A stretch of DNA of 63,292 bases from Peptococcaceae bacterium (GTDB taxonomy: Bacteria; Bacillota; Desulfitobacteriia; Desulfitobacteriales; Desulfitobacteriaceae): positions 1 to 63,292 of the forward strand of contig JAITOV010000071.1 of assembly GCA_031289735.1 (NCBI GenBank), in the 5' to 3' direction. Numbering within the stretch: position 1 is the stretch's first letter; every line of letters begins with the position of its first letter. Positions 16,405 through 25,004 of this stretch are shown here, piece by piece. The notes under the pieces were generated by a model. It was not told where the DNA came from and searched no databases. It saw only the letters and a list, made by a program, of their open reading frames with translations. Position numbers and translations under genes: made by a program.

Positions 16405-18175
16405 CCACTTTCGTTATTGCTGATACCGGACATACTTGCAAGCAGACTTCACACCCATTGCACTGCGAGTCATCGATTTTGACTTTTTTCTGCTCTTTGT
16501 CGAAGACTAACGCCGGACAGCCGGTCTTAATACATTGTTTACACCCGATGCACGTCTCTTCGTCCACGCGGCATTGCGCTTTACCGATGTTGAATTCCGC
16601 TTGATCGTCCTCGGTCATCCGTTTGAGCACGCAAGGCCAGCGGGTAATGATCACCGAGGCTTCATTGATCTCTAAGGCCCAGGCGAGCGCTTCCTTTATC
16701 TGATCCAGTTGAAGCGGATTGATCACTTTGACATGCTGGATTCCGATTGCTTTGACCAATTCTTCGATATTGACGGCTCTGGTTTTTTCACCCCGCAGGG
16801 TATAACCGGAAGCCGGATTCTCCTGATGTCCGGTCATACCGGTAATCCGGTTGTCCAGGATACACGTGATGACATTACTCTTATTGAAGACGATGTCGAG
16901 CAAACTGTTCACTCCGGTATGCATGAAGGTGGAATCGCCGATGAATGCAATGACGCGTTGTTCGCTCTTGTTCTGCTTCAGCGTCTGCTGCGCCCCGTGC
17001 GCGATACTGATACTCGATCCCATGCACAGGCTCCAATCAAAGCTCTTAAACGGATTCGCCCCGCCCAGGGCATAACAGCCGATATCCCCGGATAAAAAGA
17101 CGTTCTTCACCTTAGCGAGTTCATAGAAGAAACCGCGGTGTGGACAGCCCGCGCAAAGCACCGGCGGCCGTCCGGCGACAACGGACGCGTCGTATTGAAT
17201 CAGCGGTTTTTCTTCGCCGAGCAGAACTTTGGCAATGATGCTCGGATTCAGTTCTCCGATATTGGGGATCTTTTCTTTGCCGATGCACGGGATACCCAAT
17301 TGTTTAACTTTTTCCTCGATATAGGGTTCGGTTTCTTCAATGATATAGAGTCGTTCCACTTGCGCGGCGAATTCCTTGATTTTCTGCTCCGGCAACGGAT
17401 GCGTGAAACCCAGCTTCAGATAAGAAGCTTGCGTTCCGAATACTTCCTTGGCGTATTGGAAAGAGATCCCGGAGGCAATCACGCCGATTTGTTTATTGTT
17501 CCACTCGATATAGTTCATGGACGTCGTGTTCGAGAATTCTTCCAGCTTGCGCATCCGCTCTTCCGCAATCACCCGCAATTGCTTGGAATGAGCCGGCATT
17601 AAATTATAGTTCATCGGCTTTTTCTGATAAGGTTTCAACTCACGTTCTTTTCTTTCTCCGATTTCCACCAGGCTTTTGCTATGACAGGTCCGCGTCGTTA
17701 CCCGAATGATTACCGGTACGTCGAATTGCTCGCTGATCTCAAATCCGGCGAGCACCATATCTTTCGATTCCTGGCTGTCACTGGGTTCCAGCAGAGCCGC
17801 TTTGGCCATCTTGGCATAATAGCGATTGTCCTGCTCATCCTGCGATGAGTGTAACCCCGGATCGTCAGCGTTGATAATGACCAACCCCCCATTGACCCCG
17901 GAATAGCACACGCTGAACAGTGGATCAGCCGCGACGTTGAGTCCGACTACTTTCATCGTGGCCAGCGCGCGCGCGCCCATGTAAGACGCGCCGATCACCG
18001 ATTCCAGCGCGACTTTTTCATTGGGCGCCCATTCAGCGACGATCACGTCTTTCAGCGGCGCTATGTTCTCCAAGATCTCGGTACTCGGTGTGCCGGGATA
18101 GCCAGCCGCGAAGGTTACACCTGCTTCATAAGCCCCTTGCACGACTGCTTCGTTTCCTGTCAGTAATTTTTTCAT
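16397..18175 (-). CDS. iorA: indolepyruvate:ferredoxin oxidoreductase, alpha subunit
   Basis: 592 aa with a TPP-binding region (GDIGCY...GDSTFMHTG) and two C-terminal ferredoxin motifs (CIGCKQCIKTGCP and CNGCEVCLQVCP). Confidence 0.9.
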   Translation of the reverse strand: MKKLLTGNEAVVQGAYEAGVTFAAGYPGTPSTEILENIAPLKDVIVAEWAPNEKVALESVIGASYMGARALATMKVVGLNVAADPLFSVCYSGVNGGLVIINADDPGLHSSQDEQDNRYYAKMAKAALLEPSDSQESKDMVLAGFEISEQFDVPVIIRVTTRTCHSKSLVEIGERKERELKPYQKKPMNYNLMPAHSKQLRVIAEERMRKLEEFSNTTSMNYIEWNNKQIGVIASGISFQYAKEVFGTQASYLKLGFTHPLPEQKIKEFAAQVERLYIIEETEPYIEEKVKQLGIPCIGKEKIPNIGELNPSIIAKVLLGEEKPLIQYDASVVAGRPPVLCAGCPHRGFFYELAKVKNVFLSGDIGCYALGGANPFKSFDWSLCMGSSISIAHGAQQTLKQNKSEQRVIAFIGDSTFMHTGVNSLLDIVFNKSNVITCILDNRITGMTGHQENPASGYTLRGEKTRAVNIEELVKAIGIQHVKVINPLQLDQIKEALAWALEINEASVIITRWPCVLKRMTEDDQAEFNIGKAQCRVDEETCIGCKQCIKTGCPALVFDKEQKKVKIDDSQCNGCEVCLQVCPVSAITKVGE

Positions 18176-18193
18176 CCTCTCTACCTCCTCTTT

Positions 18194-18961
18194 TTATTCT
18201 TGGGCTGCAATTAATGCCGCTCCCAAAGCGCCTACCAACTGCGGCTCTTCCGGTACAAGCAGCTTTAATCCTAACTCTGCGGCGAGCGCCACGACGACAC
18301 CCTGGTTCTTGGCCACTCCGCCGGTCACCAGCAACGGTTCTTCCAGCTTCAACCGTTTTGCCAAGCTGCCCACTCTACTGGCCACCGCCTGATGCAAACC
18401 CTTAACAATCTTCGGCCGGGCGACACCCTGCCCGATCAAAGAAATAACCTCCGACTCAGCGAACACGGTGCAGATACTACTGATCTGGGCGCCGCTTGCC
18501 GCTAACAAATCTTCTTGTTCCAGCGCACTGACTTCTAACTGCAAAGCCTGGGCCATCACCTCGATGAAACGTCCGGTACCCGCAGCGCATTTATCATTCA
18601 TCACAAAGTCGGCGACATAACCCTCGCTATCCAGTTTGATCACTTTGCTGTCCTGCCCGCCCACGTCAATGACCGTGCGCACATCCGGAAACCAGTGGCG
18701 CGCGCCTTTGGCGATACAGGAGATCTCACTGATCTGCTTGCTGGCGAACGGTACGTTATACCGCCCGTATCCGGTGGCAACGATCGTCTTCAGTTGCGCC
18801 GCGGACGCCTGACCTTGCTGTAGAATCATTTGCCATGCACGCTCAGCTGTCTCCTGATGGTTGTAACCGGAAGGCAGGATCACAGACGCGATGAGCTTGC
18901 CATTGGCCAATAAAACCGCATTTGTGCTGACTGACCCGATATCCAGCCCGGCTGTTAACAT
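18194..18961 (-). CDS. 2-hydroxyacyl-CoA dehydratase activator (HgdC/FldI/HadI-type ATPase, BcrAD_BadFG family)
   Basis: Track ORF 18194..18970. GLDIGSVSTN (ASKHA phosphate-1), DVGGQDSK, and the cluster-bridging Cys contexts NDKCAAGTG and SICTVFAESE are present. Confidence 0.88.
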   Translation of the reverse strand: MLTAGLDIGSVSTNAVLLANGKLIASVILPSGYNHQETAERAWQMILQQGQASAAQLKTIVATGYGRYNVPFASKQISEISCIAKGARHWFPDVRTVIDVGGQDSKVIKLDSEGYVADFVMNDKCAAGTGRFIEVMAQALQLEVSALEQEDLLAASGAQISSICTVFAESEVISLIGQGVARPKIVKGLHQAVASRVGSLAKRLKLEEPLLVTGGVAKNQGVVVALAAELGLKLLVPEEPQLVGALGAALIAAQE

Positions 18962-18990
18962 TTCTCTCACACACCTCTTATTTTTGCTGA

Positions 18991-20217
18991 CTATTTCTTG
19001 CTGCCGATCATCTCTAAAAATGATTCCATTCTGTTTTGAATCGGCCCTTCGGCAAAGAAACGCGGATCACACATATCCGCTTCCAACAACATACCGGGAA
19101 TGCCCAATCGTTCACTTATCACGTTCTTCTTTTCAATCAACGCCAGTGAATTTGGTTTACAGCTATCATTCAGATTGAAGATAAACCCGTCCACTTCATA
19201 CTCGCGCATGAGCTTGATCTTCTTTTCCACCCGCTGGTCGAAACGGTAATTGACGAACTCGCGCATGTAGCTTTCCGCTAATGTTTCCAGCGGATGCGCG
19301 GCGTCAAATTTATAGGCCCAGGAATGCGTATAAAGGGAACAGACGATCGATGTTTGCCGGTTGCCGAAAAACTCAGCAAAATAGCGCATCTTCGGCCAAA
19401 TAGGGATGTGATCCCAATACAGGCGGATTTTTTCGCCCTCGACAGCGACCAAGTCAGACGCGGCTCTTTCCTCCAGTTCTTTAACCAGCTCCGTGTAATA
19501 ATGGACCGCTTCCGGCCGGCCGCGCCAGCAAACGATCGGCCCCATCAAAATACAGGCGTCCCAGTAAGTGATACGCGCTGGTTTGTTTTTGGCAAACAAC
19601 AGAACTTGGTTCCAGAGGTCACACGCTTGCGTGGAAAGATTCAGCACTTCGCATAAACGATCCAGATCCAGCTTGCGTCCAGTGGATGTTTCCAGAAACG
19701 CCACCAGTTCGTGAATCTGTTGCAGGAAATACGCTTTCTGGCTCTCCCAACTGCTGGCTTCTATCTGTGGGCTATCCATTAAAAACAGCGGTTTATTGTA
19801 ATATTTTGCGGTGATTTCAAACCATTTACCCAACGGCGTACATTGGATGTTGGACGGCAAGAGCAGATCCGGCTGGGGCATCTCTCCGCCAAAATCCTCT
19901 TTTCCTGCTTGCTCTGCATTACCGTACATCAAACCCAGGCCGGCTTTGGCATAGGAACAGTATTGATTGCTATAGCCACGCCGTTCGGCGATCAAGGATA
20001 ATTCTTCCGTCCGCCGGTGCGTACCGGAGGCCGCGCCAAAATTCTCAGGATAATACGGGAAGATATCCATGGCATAAAGCAGTTCTACCGGGAACACCGC
20101 AGTCACCCAGGCTACCGGAATCCCTTGGGCATGCGCGTTCATCGCCTGCGTATTGTAATCTTCCATCGTCTTTTTCAAGAAGCCTTTTGTCTTAAAGTCG
20201 ATCTTCTTAAATGCCAT
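18991..20217 (-). CDS. 2-hydroxyacyl-CoA dehydratase, large (alpha-like) subunit
   Basis: 408 aa, HgdA/FldB/HadB-sized member of the HGD-D family. It starts with ATG after an AAGGGGGCGGGG RBS and overlaps the upstream gene by 11 nt. Confidence 0.8.
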   Translation of the reverse strand: MAFKKIDFKTKGFLKKTMEDYNTQAMNAHAQGIPVAWVTAVFPVELLYAMDIFPYYPENFGAASGTHRRTEELSLIAERRGYSNQYCSYAKAGLGLMYGNAEQAGKEDFGGEMPQPDLLLPSNIQCTPLGKWFEITAKYYNKPLFLMDSPQIEASSWESQKAYFLQQIHELVAFLETSTGRKLDLDRLCEVLNLSTQACDLWNQVLLFAKNKPARITYWDACILMGPIVCWRGRPEAVHYYTELVKELEERAASDLVAVEGEKIRLYWDHIPIWPKMRYFAEFFGNRQTSIVCSLYTHSWAYKFDAAHPLETLAESYMREFVNYRFDQRVEKKIKLMREYEVDGFIFNLNDSCKPNSLALIEKKNVISERLGIPGMLLEADMCDPRFFAEGPIQNRMESFLEMIGSKK

Positions 20218-21388
20218 TTCCCCGCCCCCTTATTATTTCCGCAAAGGCTTGCAGCCTTGTTTTAAGTTGTCCGCTTGCAGCGCTTTGGAATTCGATTTCC
20301 AATTTAATGCTCGGGATTTTTTGTTCTGCCAGCGCCTCTTTGATCAACGGATAATCATAATCAACGGCGTCGCAGAATTTCAGCAAGGCAAACACCACTC
20401 CACGCGCGCCCGTTCGTGCCGCTAGATCCAGAATAAACGCCTTTTTATCCAGGTCCTTAGCGAAGTAATTTGAGTAAGGAATTTGCCCATAATGCCTTTT
20501 GACGACCGCCGCGACGATCCGCTCTTCGGGGTCGCGAATCCCCTCGTCCAGCAGTAGATCCTGATTGTAATAGCGATAGCCGGCATATAAGTCGTCACCA
20601 ACAATCGTTAAACCGAATTCATCCAGGGTACGCAATAATTCCCATGATTCGACGATGGTCCCAGAGAGCACAAGCGGAATTTTTGTCTCATCAGCTGATT
20701 CTGCGCTCACTGCGTCGATGATCTCAGCCAGGTAGACATTGCACTGAGCAACGGGCAGCAGCAAAGCAGACTTAACAATAGCAAAGAACTGTTCATTACT
20801 CAGCGTGCGTTTTTTCTGCTGGATCTCAACGATTTGCCGCAACAAGCCGCGGTTGAGATTATAGCCAGTGACCGCCATACGATAATCCTCTTCCGTGGGG
20901 TCTACGCCGCTGAAACGTTTGAGTTCAGAGATCAGCCGCCGGATTTCCTGAGCGAAATACACGCGGGAACTGGGACGGTCCAGCTGCTTCGGCAAGAGCT
21001 GGCGATGCAGGAATGTCCATTGGGAATTACGTTCAAATAAATCCGTGATGTGCTTCTTCGCGTCGCAGCCTTGAGGAAAGATTAATCCTGCCAAAAAATT
21101 CAGTTTGTCCTGCAAGACCAGATCCAAGGAACTGCGCATATATGAACAGACATAATTAGGCAGATGAGCCGAGGCCATTTTGACTTCCGCCTGCGATCCC
21201 AGAATCGCGACCGGCAGCAGGCCAAAAGCTGCGATGATTTCAACAGGAACATCCGGTGGCAGCCAACCGACGGCTTGCCCTCCGGTCTGTTCTTGCCATT
21301 TTTTTACACCGGTATAATCGGTAATCTCCGTGTTTAGTCGTGTGATAATTTCCGTGATGCTCAATTCGATCGCCTCCGTTTCTCCCAA
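20207..21388 (-). CDS. 2-hydroxyacyl-CoA dehydratase, second (beta-like) subunit
   Basis: 393-aa track ORF of the same HGD-D family. The TTG at 21364 (8 nt after GGAGG) is a plausible alternative start. Confidence 0.78.
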   Translation of the reverse strand: MGETEAIELSITEIITRLNTEITDYTGVKKWQEQTGGQAVGWLPPDVPVEIIAAFGLLPVAILGSQAEVKMASAHLPNYVCSYMRSSLDLVLQDKLNFLAGLIFPQGCDAKKHITDLFERNSQWTFLHRQLLPKQLDRPSSRVYFAQEIRRLISELKRFSGVDPTEEDYRMAVTGYNLNRGLLRQIVEIQQKKRTLSNEQFFAIVKSALLLPVAQCNVYLAEIIDAVSAESADETKIPLVLSGTIVESWELLRTLDEFGLTIVGDDLYAGYRYYNQDLLLDEGIRDPEERIVAAVVKRHYGQIPYSNYFAKDLDKKAFILDLAARTGARGVVFALLKFCDAVDYDYPLIKEALAEQKIPSIKLEIEFQSAASGQLKTRLQAFAEIIRGRGNGI

Positions 21389-21405
21389 GATTTTGTGCGC
21401 CTTTT

Positions 21406-21417
21406 ATTTCATGAAAT
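21406..21417. promoter_or_regulatory. operator-like 12-bp perfect palindrome ATTTCATGAAAT (copy 1)
   Basis: Seen directly in the sequence. It lies in the 5' leader of the dehydratase operon, about 18 nt upstream of the ORF start. Confidence 0.45.
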
Positions 21418-21453
21418 TTTTATTTTATTTTATGCATTATAATTTAATTATAT

Positions 21454-21465
21454 ATTTCATGAAAT
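21454..21465. promoter_or_regulatory. operator-like 12-bp perfect palindrome ATTTCATGAAAT (copy 2)
   Basis: Identical 12-mer 48 bp from copy 1, starting 8 nt downstream of the -10 hexamer. Confidence 0.45.
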
Positions 21466-21472
21466 TATCTTC

Positions 21473-21546
21473 ATTATAATGGGCCTTTTTTCCCTTGTCA
21501 ATACATTCGTCAGAAAAATCCAAAATCATATACATGTGTGTAATAT
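21473..21546 (-). promoter_or_regulatory. sigma-A promoter plus conserved upstream module (dehydratase-ior-buk-ptb operon)
   Basis: Reverse strand ATATTACA-N35-GATTTTTCTGACGAATGTATTGACAA-N17-TATAAT, with perfect -35 and -10 hexamers. It is collinear with 11001..11075. Confidence 0.65.
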
Positions 21547-21569
21547 TTGCATTTTGCTCGCCGGACAAG

Positions 21570-22532
21570 CTAAACGCGCTGAACAATATCCTGAAATATC
21601 TCCAACATCTCCGCCGGTGATGCTGACTGCATGAAGCGGTCGCGGTACTTGGCGGCATATTTGACGCCCGAAACATACCAGGCCGCATGCTTACGCATCT
21701 CGTTCAGTCCGATACGCTCTCCTTTATCACGCAATAAGAGCGCAAAGTGCTCCGCCGCCACCCGCATGCGCTCTTCTAAGGTGGGATCTGGCAAGCTCTT
21801 TCCGTGCCAAAGATACTGCTGCGCCTGCGCAATCAGCCATGGGTTGCCTAATGCGCCTCTACCAATCATCACCCCATCGCAACCGGTCTGTTCTATCATC
21901 TGCCGCGCATCTTCCGCACAGCGTACATCTCCGTTGCCGATCACCGGAATCCGCACCGCCCGCTTCACCCGCCGGATCCACTGCCAATCCGCCAGCCCGG
22001 CGTAAAACTGCTCCCGCGTCCGGCCATGCACACTAATCATCGCTACACCGCAGGATTCCAAGCGCTGCGCTAACTCCACGGCAACGATCTGTGCTTCATT
22101 CCAGCCTAAACGGATCTTCACGCTCACCGGCGCCTCTACGGCCCGAACGACCGCTCGCGCGATCTGTTCCGCGCGAGGCAGATCCAGCAATAGCGCCGCG
22201 CCTTCTTGGTTCGAGACGATTTTTGCCGTCGGGCAACCCATATTAATATCAATGATCTCCGCACCCTGTTCCAGCGCTAACTGCGCTGCCTGCGCCATGT
22301 TTGCCGCATCAGAGCCAAAGAGCTGGACCATTCGCGGCGCAGCCTCGTCGTGCAGATCCAACATGTGCAGGGTCTGAGGATTACGATAAACGAGAGCTTT
22401 AGCGCTGATCATTTCCGTACACATAAAACATCCGCCCAGCGCGCGCACAGTTTCTCGAAAGGCTTTATCTGCCACCCCGGCCATCGGCGCTAAAAAAACC
22501 GGCCTCTCCCAAGCGTAATTCCCGATCTTCAT
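21570..22532 (-). CDS. dusB: tRNA-dihydrouridine synthase B
   Basis: Track ORF 21570..22550. The ATG at 22532 (MKIGNYAWERPVFLAPMAGV) follows AGGAG. The FMN-binding TIM-barrel motifs of Dus are present. Confidence 0.9.
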   Translation of the reverse strand: MKIGNYAWERPVFLAPMAGVADKAFRETVRALGGCFMCTEMISAKALVYRNPQTLHMLDLHDEAAPRMVQLFGSDAANMAQAAQLALEQGAEIIDINMGCPTAKIVSNQEGAALLLDLPRAEQIARAVVRAVEAPVSVKIRLGWNEAQIVAVELAQRLESCGVAMISVHGRTREQFYAGLADWQWIRRVKRAVRIPVIGNGDVRCAEDARQMIEQTGCDGVMIGRGALGNPWLIAQAQQYLWHGKSLPDPTLEERMRVAAEHFALLLRDKGERIGLNEMRKHAAWYVSGVKYAAKYRDRFMQSASPAEMLEIFQDIVQRV

Positions 22533-22546
22533 GCTGGCGGCTCCTA

Positions 22547-23338
22547 TCAAGATGAATATGACAAGGAATTCCGTTCATAGATCAAGAGCAGGCCATCCAG
22601 GGTGAGGAACGGATCCACTACGTCAATGGTCTGGGTCTCTTCAGCGATCAAATCCGCATAACCGCCTGTCGCCACCACTTTCGTATCTTGCCCCAGATCC
22701 TCTTTCATCCGGCTGACAATGCCATCCACTTGACCAACAAAGCCATAATAAATCCCGGACTGCATGCCCATAACCGTATTCTTGGCAATAAGCGATTTTG
22801 GCTTGACAATTTCTACTCTCGGTAATTTCGAGGCGCGCTGAAACAAAGCTTCGCTGGAAATACCAATCCCCGGGGCAATCGCTCCACCCAGATATTCCCC
22901 TTTTTCCGATATCGCGCAGAAAGTCGTCGCCGTACCGAAATCGACAATCACCAATGGTCCGCCATATTTTGCATGCGCCGCCACGGCATTGACAATCCTG
23001 TCCGCACCAACTTCGCGCGGATTATCATAAATAATCGGCATCCCCGTCTTCACGCCCGGTCCCACAACCAGCGGCTCCACCTTAAAATACTTACTGGAAA
23101 GCGCTTCCAACATCGGCATGACCGGTGGCACGACGGAAGATATCACAACCGCGTGAATATCGGAAAACTTTAACGCGGAAAAGTCGAATAAATTCTTAAT
23201 CAAAGCCGCGTACTCATCTACTGAATGTGATTTTTCCGTGGAAATACGCCAATAATGAAGTAATTCTTTCTGTTGCTTAAACACTCCGAGAACGATGTTG
23301 GAATTGCCCACGTCAAATACCAAGATCATGCGCGTCAC
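22547..23338 (-). CDS. coaX: type III pantothenate kinase
   Basis: 263 aa. [20 protein letters not shown] and the GG..D motifs of CoaX/Baf are present. Confidence 0.9.
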   Translation of the reverse strand: MTRMILVFDVGNSNIVLGVFKQQKELLHYWRISTEKSHSVDEYAALIKNLFDFSALKFSDIHAVVISSVVPPVMPMLEALSSKYFKVEPLVVGPGVKTGMPIIYDNPREVGADRIVNAVAAHAKYGGPLVIVDFGTATTFCAISEKGEYLGGAIAPGIGISSEALFQRASKLPRVEIVKPKSLIAKNTVMGMQSGIYYGFVGQVDGIVSRMKEDLGQDTKVVATGGYADLIAEETQTIDVVDPFLTLDGLLLIYERNSLSYSS

Positions 23339-23343
23339 TCCTT

Positions 23344-24618
23344 TTAACTCGACGAATATTGCGGATGCAAGGTGACTTCACCCGCTGCAAAAGAGACTTC
23401 CTGCTGACCGATGCTCACGAGCAAACAACCATCTTTTGCTATACCGCGCATCACTCCCCGGAATTCCTGATCACCGCGATAAATCACGACTTCCTCACCG
23501 ATACCGAGCGCGCGGTCCAGCCATGCTTGACGGATGGATTCAAATCCATCTTCCTCCAGCACACACATATCTTTCTCCAAGCATTCCAGAAAAACAGCGG
23601 CCAAATGATTGATATTCACCGGCCGTTGCAGAATCATTTGCAAAGATATCGCGGAAGATGCCTCTAGCAGATCTTGCGCTGGGATATTCACATTGAGTCC
23701 CAGGCTCATGATTAATGTATGCCGTTGCGTCCATTCTCCAACGGTTTCCGCCAAAATACCGGCAACCTTGTGGCCCTGCCACAGCAGATCATTCGGCCAC
23801 TTGATCCCCAGGCATAATCCGCAACATTGCTCTATGGCCGAGACCGCCGCCACTGCAGCGCACAACGTCATCTTAGCCGCGTCCTCCAGGGGTAATTGCG
23901 GCCGCAGCACAACACTCAGCCAAAGCCCACCCCGCGGAGAAATCCAAGCGCGCCGCTGCCTTCCTATGCCAGCGATCTGCCGCCTGGCTAATATCGTCAC
24001 ACCCGCCGGCTCGTCGTGGCTGATCGCTTCCTTAGCCTGAACGATCGTCGATGCCAATTGATCGAAAATAAAAAAACTGCGTCCCAATTCCTTGGTTTTC
24101 AACGCTTGGGCAAAGACCCGTTCATCTAAATCCCAAGGCTCGCGATCCAGCGGAACATGCTCTACCTTCCGCGTCCGGCCAAAGCCATGGTGCTCCAGAA
24201 CCGGACGTCCGGAAGGTAACATCAACGTGGGCGCAATCTCCCGCAACGGCGCCAGGACAAACTCCCGGTTCTCGATCCGCGGATGAGGCAAGGTCAGTTC
24301 CGGACTTTGGCAAATCATCTGCTCATAGAAAAGCAGATCGATGTCAATCGTCCTCGCTCCCCAACGCTCTGTGCGCTCCCGTCCGAGCCGGGTCTCGATA
24401 CCCTGGCAGAACGCCAGCAAATCCCGCGCCGCTAAACCCGTTTCAATCTCCAGCACTTGATTCCAAAAATCCGGCTGATCCGTGCTCCCCCACGGTTCCG
24501 TCTCATAGATGCCGGAAGCGCTCACAATCTGAACGGACGCGCTCAATCGTGCCCGCGCTTCCCGTAAATAGTATGCCCGATCCCCCAGATTACCGCCCAG
24601 ACTCAAGTATGCCTTCAT
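23344..24618 (-). CDS. fusion protein: HPPK (FolK) N-domain plus biotin--protein ligase (BirA, class I, no HTH) C-domain
   Basis: A single 424-aa ORF. Residues 1 to about 150 are HPPK ([34 protein letters not shown]). Residues about 170-424 are BPL ([48 protein letters not shown]). Confidence 0.8.
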   Translation of the reverse strand: MKAYLSLGGNLGDRAYYLREARARLSASVQIVSASGIYETEPWGSTDQPDFWNQVLEIETGLAARDLLAFCQGIETRLGRERTERWGARTIDIDLLFYEQMICQSPELTLPHPRIENREFVLAPLREIAPTLMLPSGRPVLEHHGFGRTRKVEHVPLDREPWDLDERVFAQALKTKELGRSFFIFDQLASTIVQAKEAISHDEPAGVTILARRQIAGIGRQRRAWISPRGGLWLSVVLRPQLPLEDAAKMTLCAAVAAVSAIEQCCGLCLGIKWPNDLLWQGHKVAGILAETVGEWTQRHTLIMSLGLNVNIPAQDLLEASSAISLQMILQRPVNINHLAAVFLECLEKDMCVLEEDGFESIRQAWLDRALGIGEEVVIYRGDQEFRGVMRGIAKDGCLLVSIGQQEVSFAAGEVTLHPQYSSS

Positions 24619-25004
24619 CTTGAATCACCTGCGCCTTCCGCCTGCGCGCGCAAGATTTCGATCGAGACATCCCGCCATATGCCGGGAATCGGCGCTTGAG
24701 GCTTATGAATCACAATGCGGACGGCTGCACAAGGAAATTGAGCCAGAATTTCCTGAGCCAGAAGCTCAGCTAAACGCTCTAGCAAATTACAGCGTGTCTG
24801 CGACACGCAACGGCTAACCAGATGATAAACATCCGCATAATTGATCGTATCCGCCACATCATCCGACTGTCCGGACGCAGACAAATCGGTATATAGTTCC
24901 ACATCCAGGCTGAATCTCTGTCCCTGACGCTTTTCTTCCGCTGACACCCCGTGATAGGCATAGAATTCCATCCCGCTTAAACAAATCTTGTCATGCTCCC
25001 GCAT
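24615..25004 (-). CDS. folB: dihydroneopterin aldolase
   Basis: Track ORF 24615..25175. Homology begins at the ATG at 25004 (MREHDKICLSGMEFYAYHGVSAEEKRQGQRF), which overlaps the folP stop by 14 nt. Confidence 0.85.
   Translation of the reverse strand: MREHDKICLSGMEFYAYHGVSAEEKRQGQRFSLDVELYTDLSASGQSDDVADTINYADVYHLVSRCVSQTRCNLLERLAELLAQEILAQFPCAAVRIVIHKPQAPIPGIWRDVSIEILRAQAEGAGDSR

Noticed and set aside
18194-21388. Alternative reading as an ATP-dependent benzoyl-CoA reductase (BcrABCD/BadDEFG)
   Set aside because: That enzyme needs two different BcrA/D-type ATPase subunits. Only one activator-sized (258 aa) ATPase is present, and the neighbouring genes are fermentative (ior, ptb, buk, pct).
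21437-21688. 83-aa minus-strand track ORF spanning the dusB 3' end and the AT-rich spacer
   Set aside because: It covers the promoter, operator and leader region of the dehydratase operon and overlaps dusB in another frame. It has no RBS.
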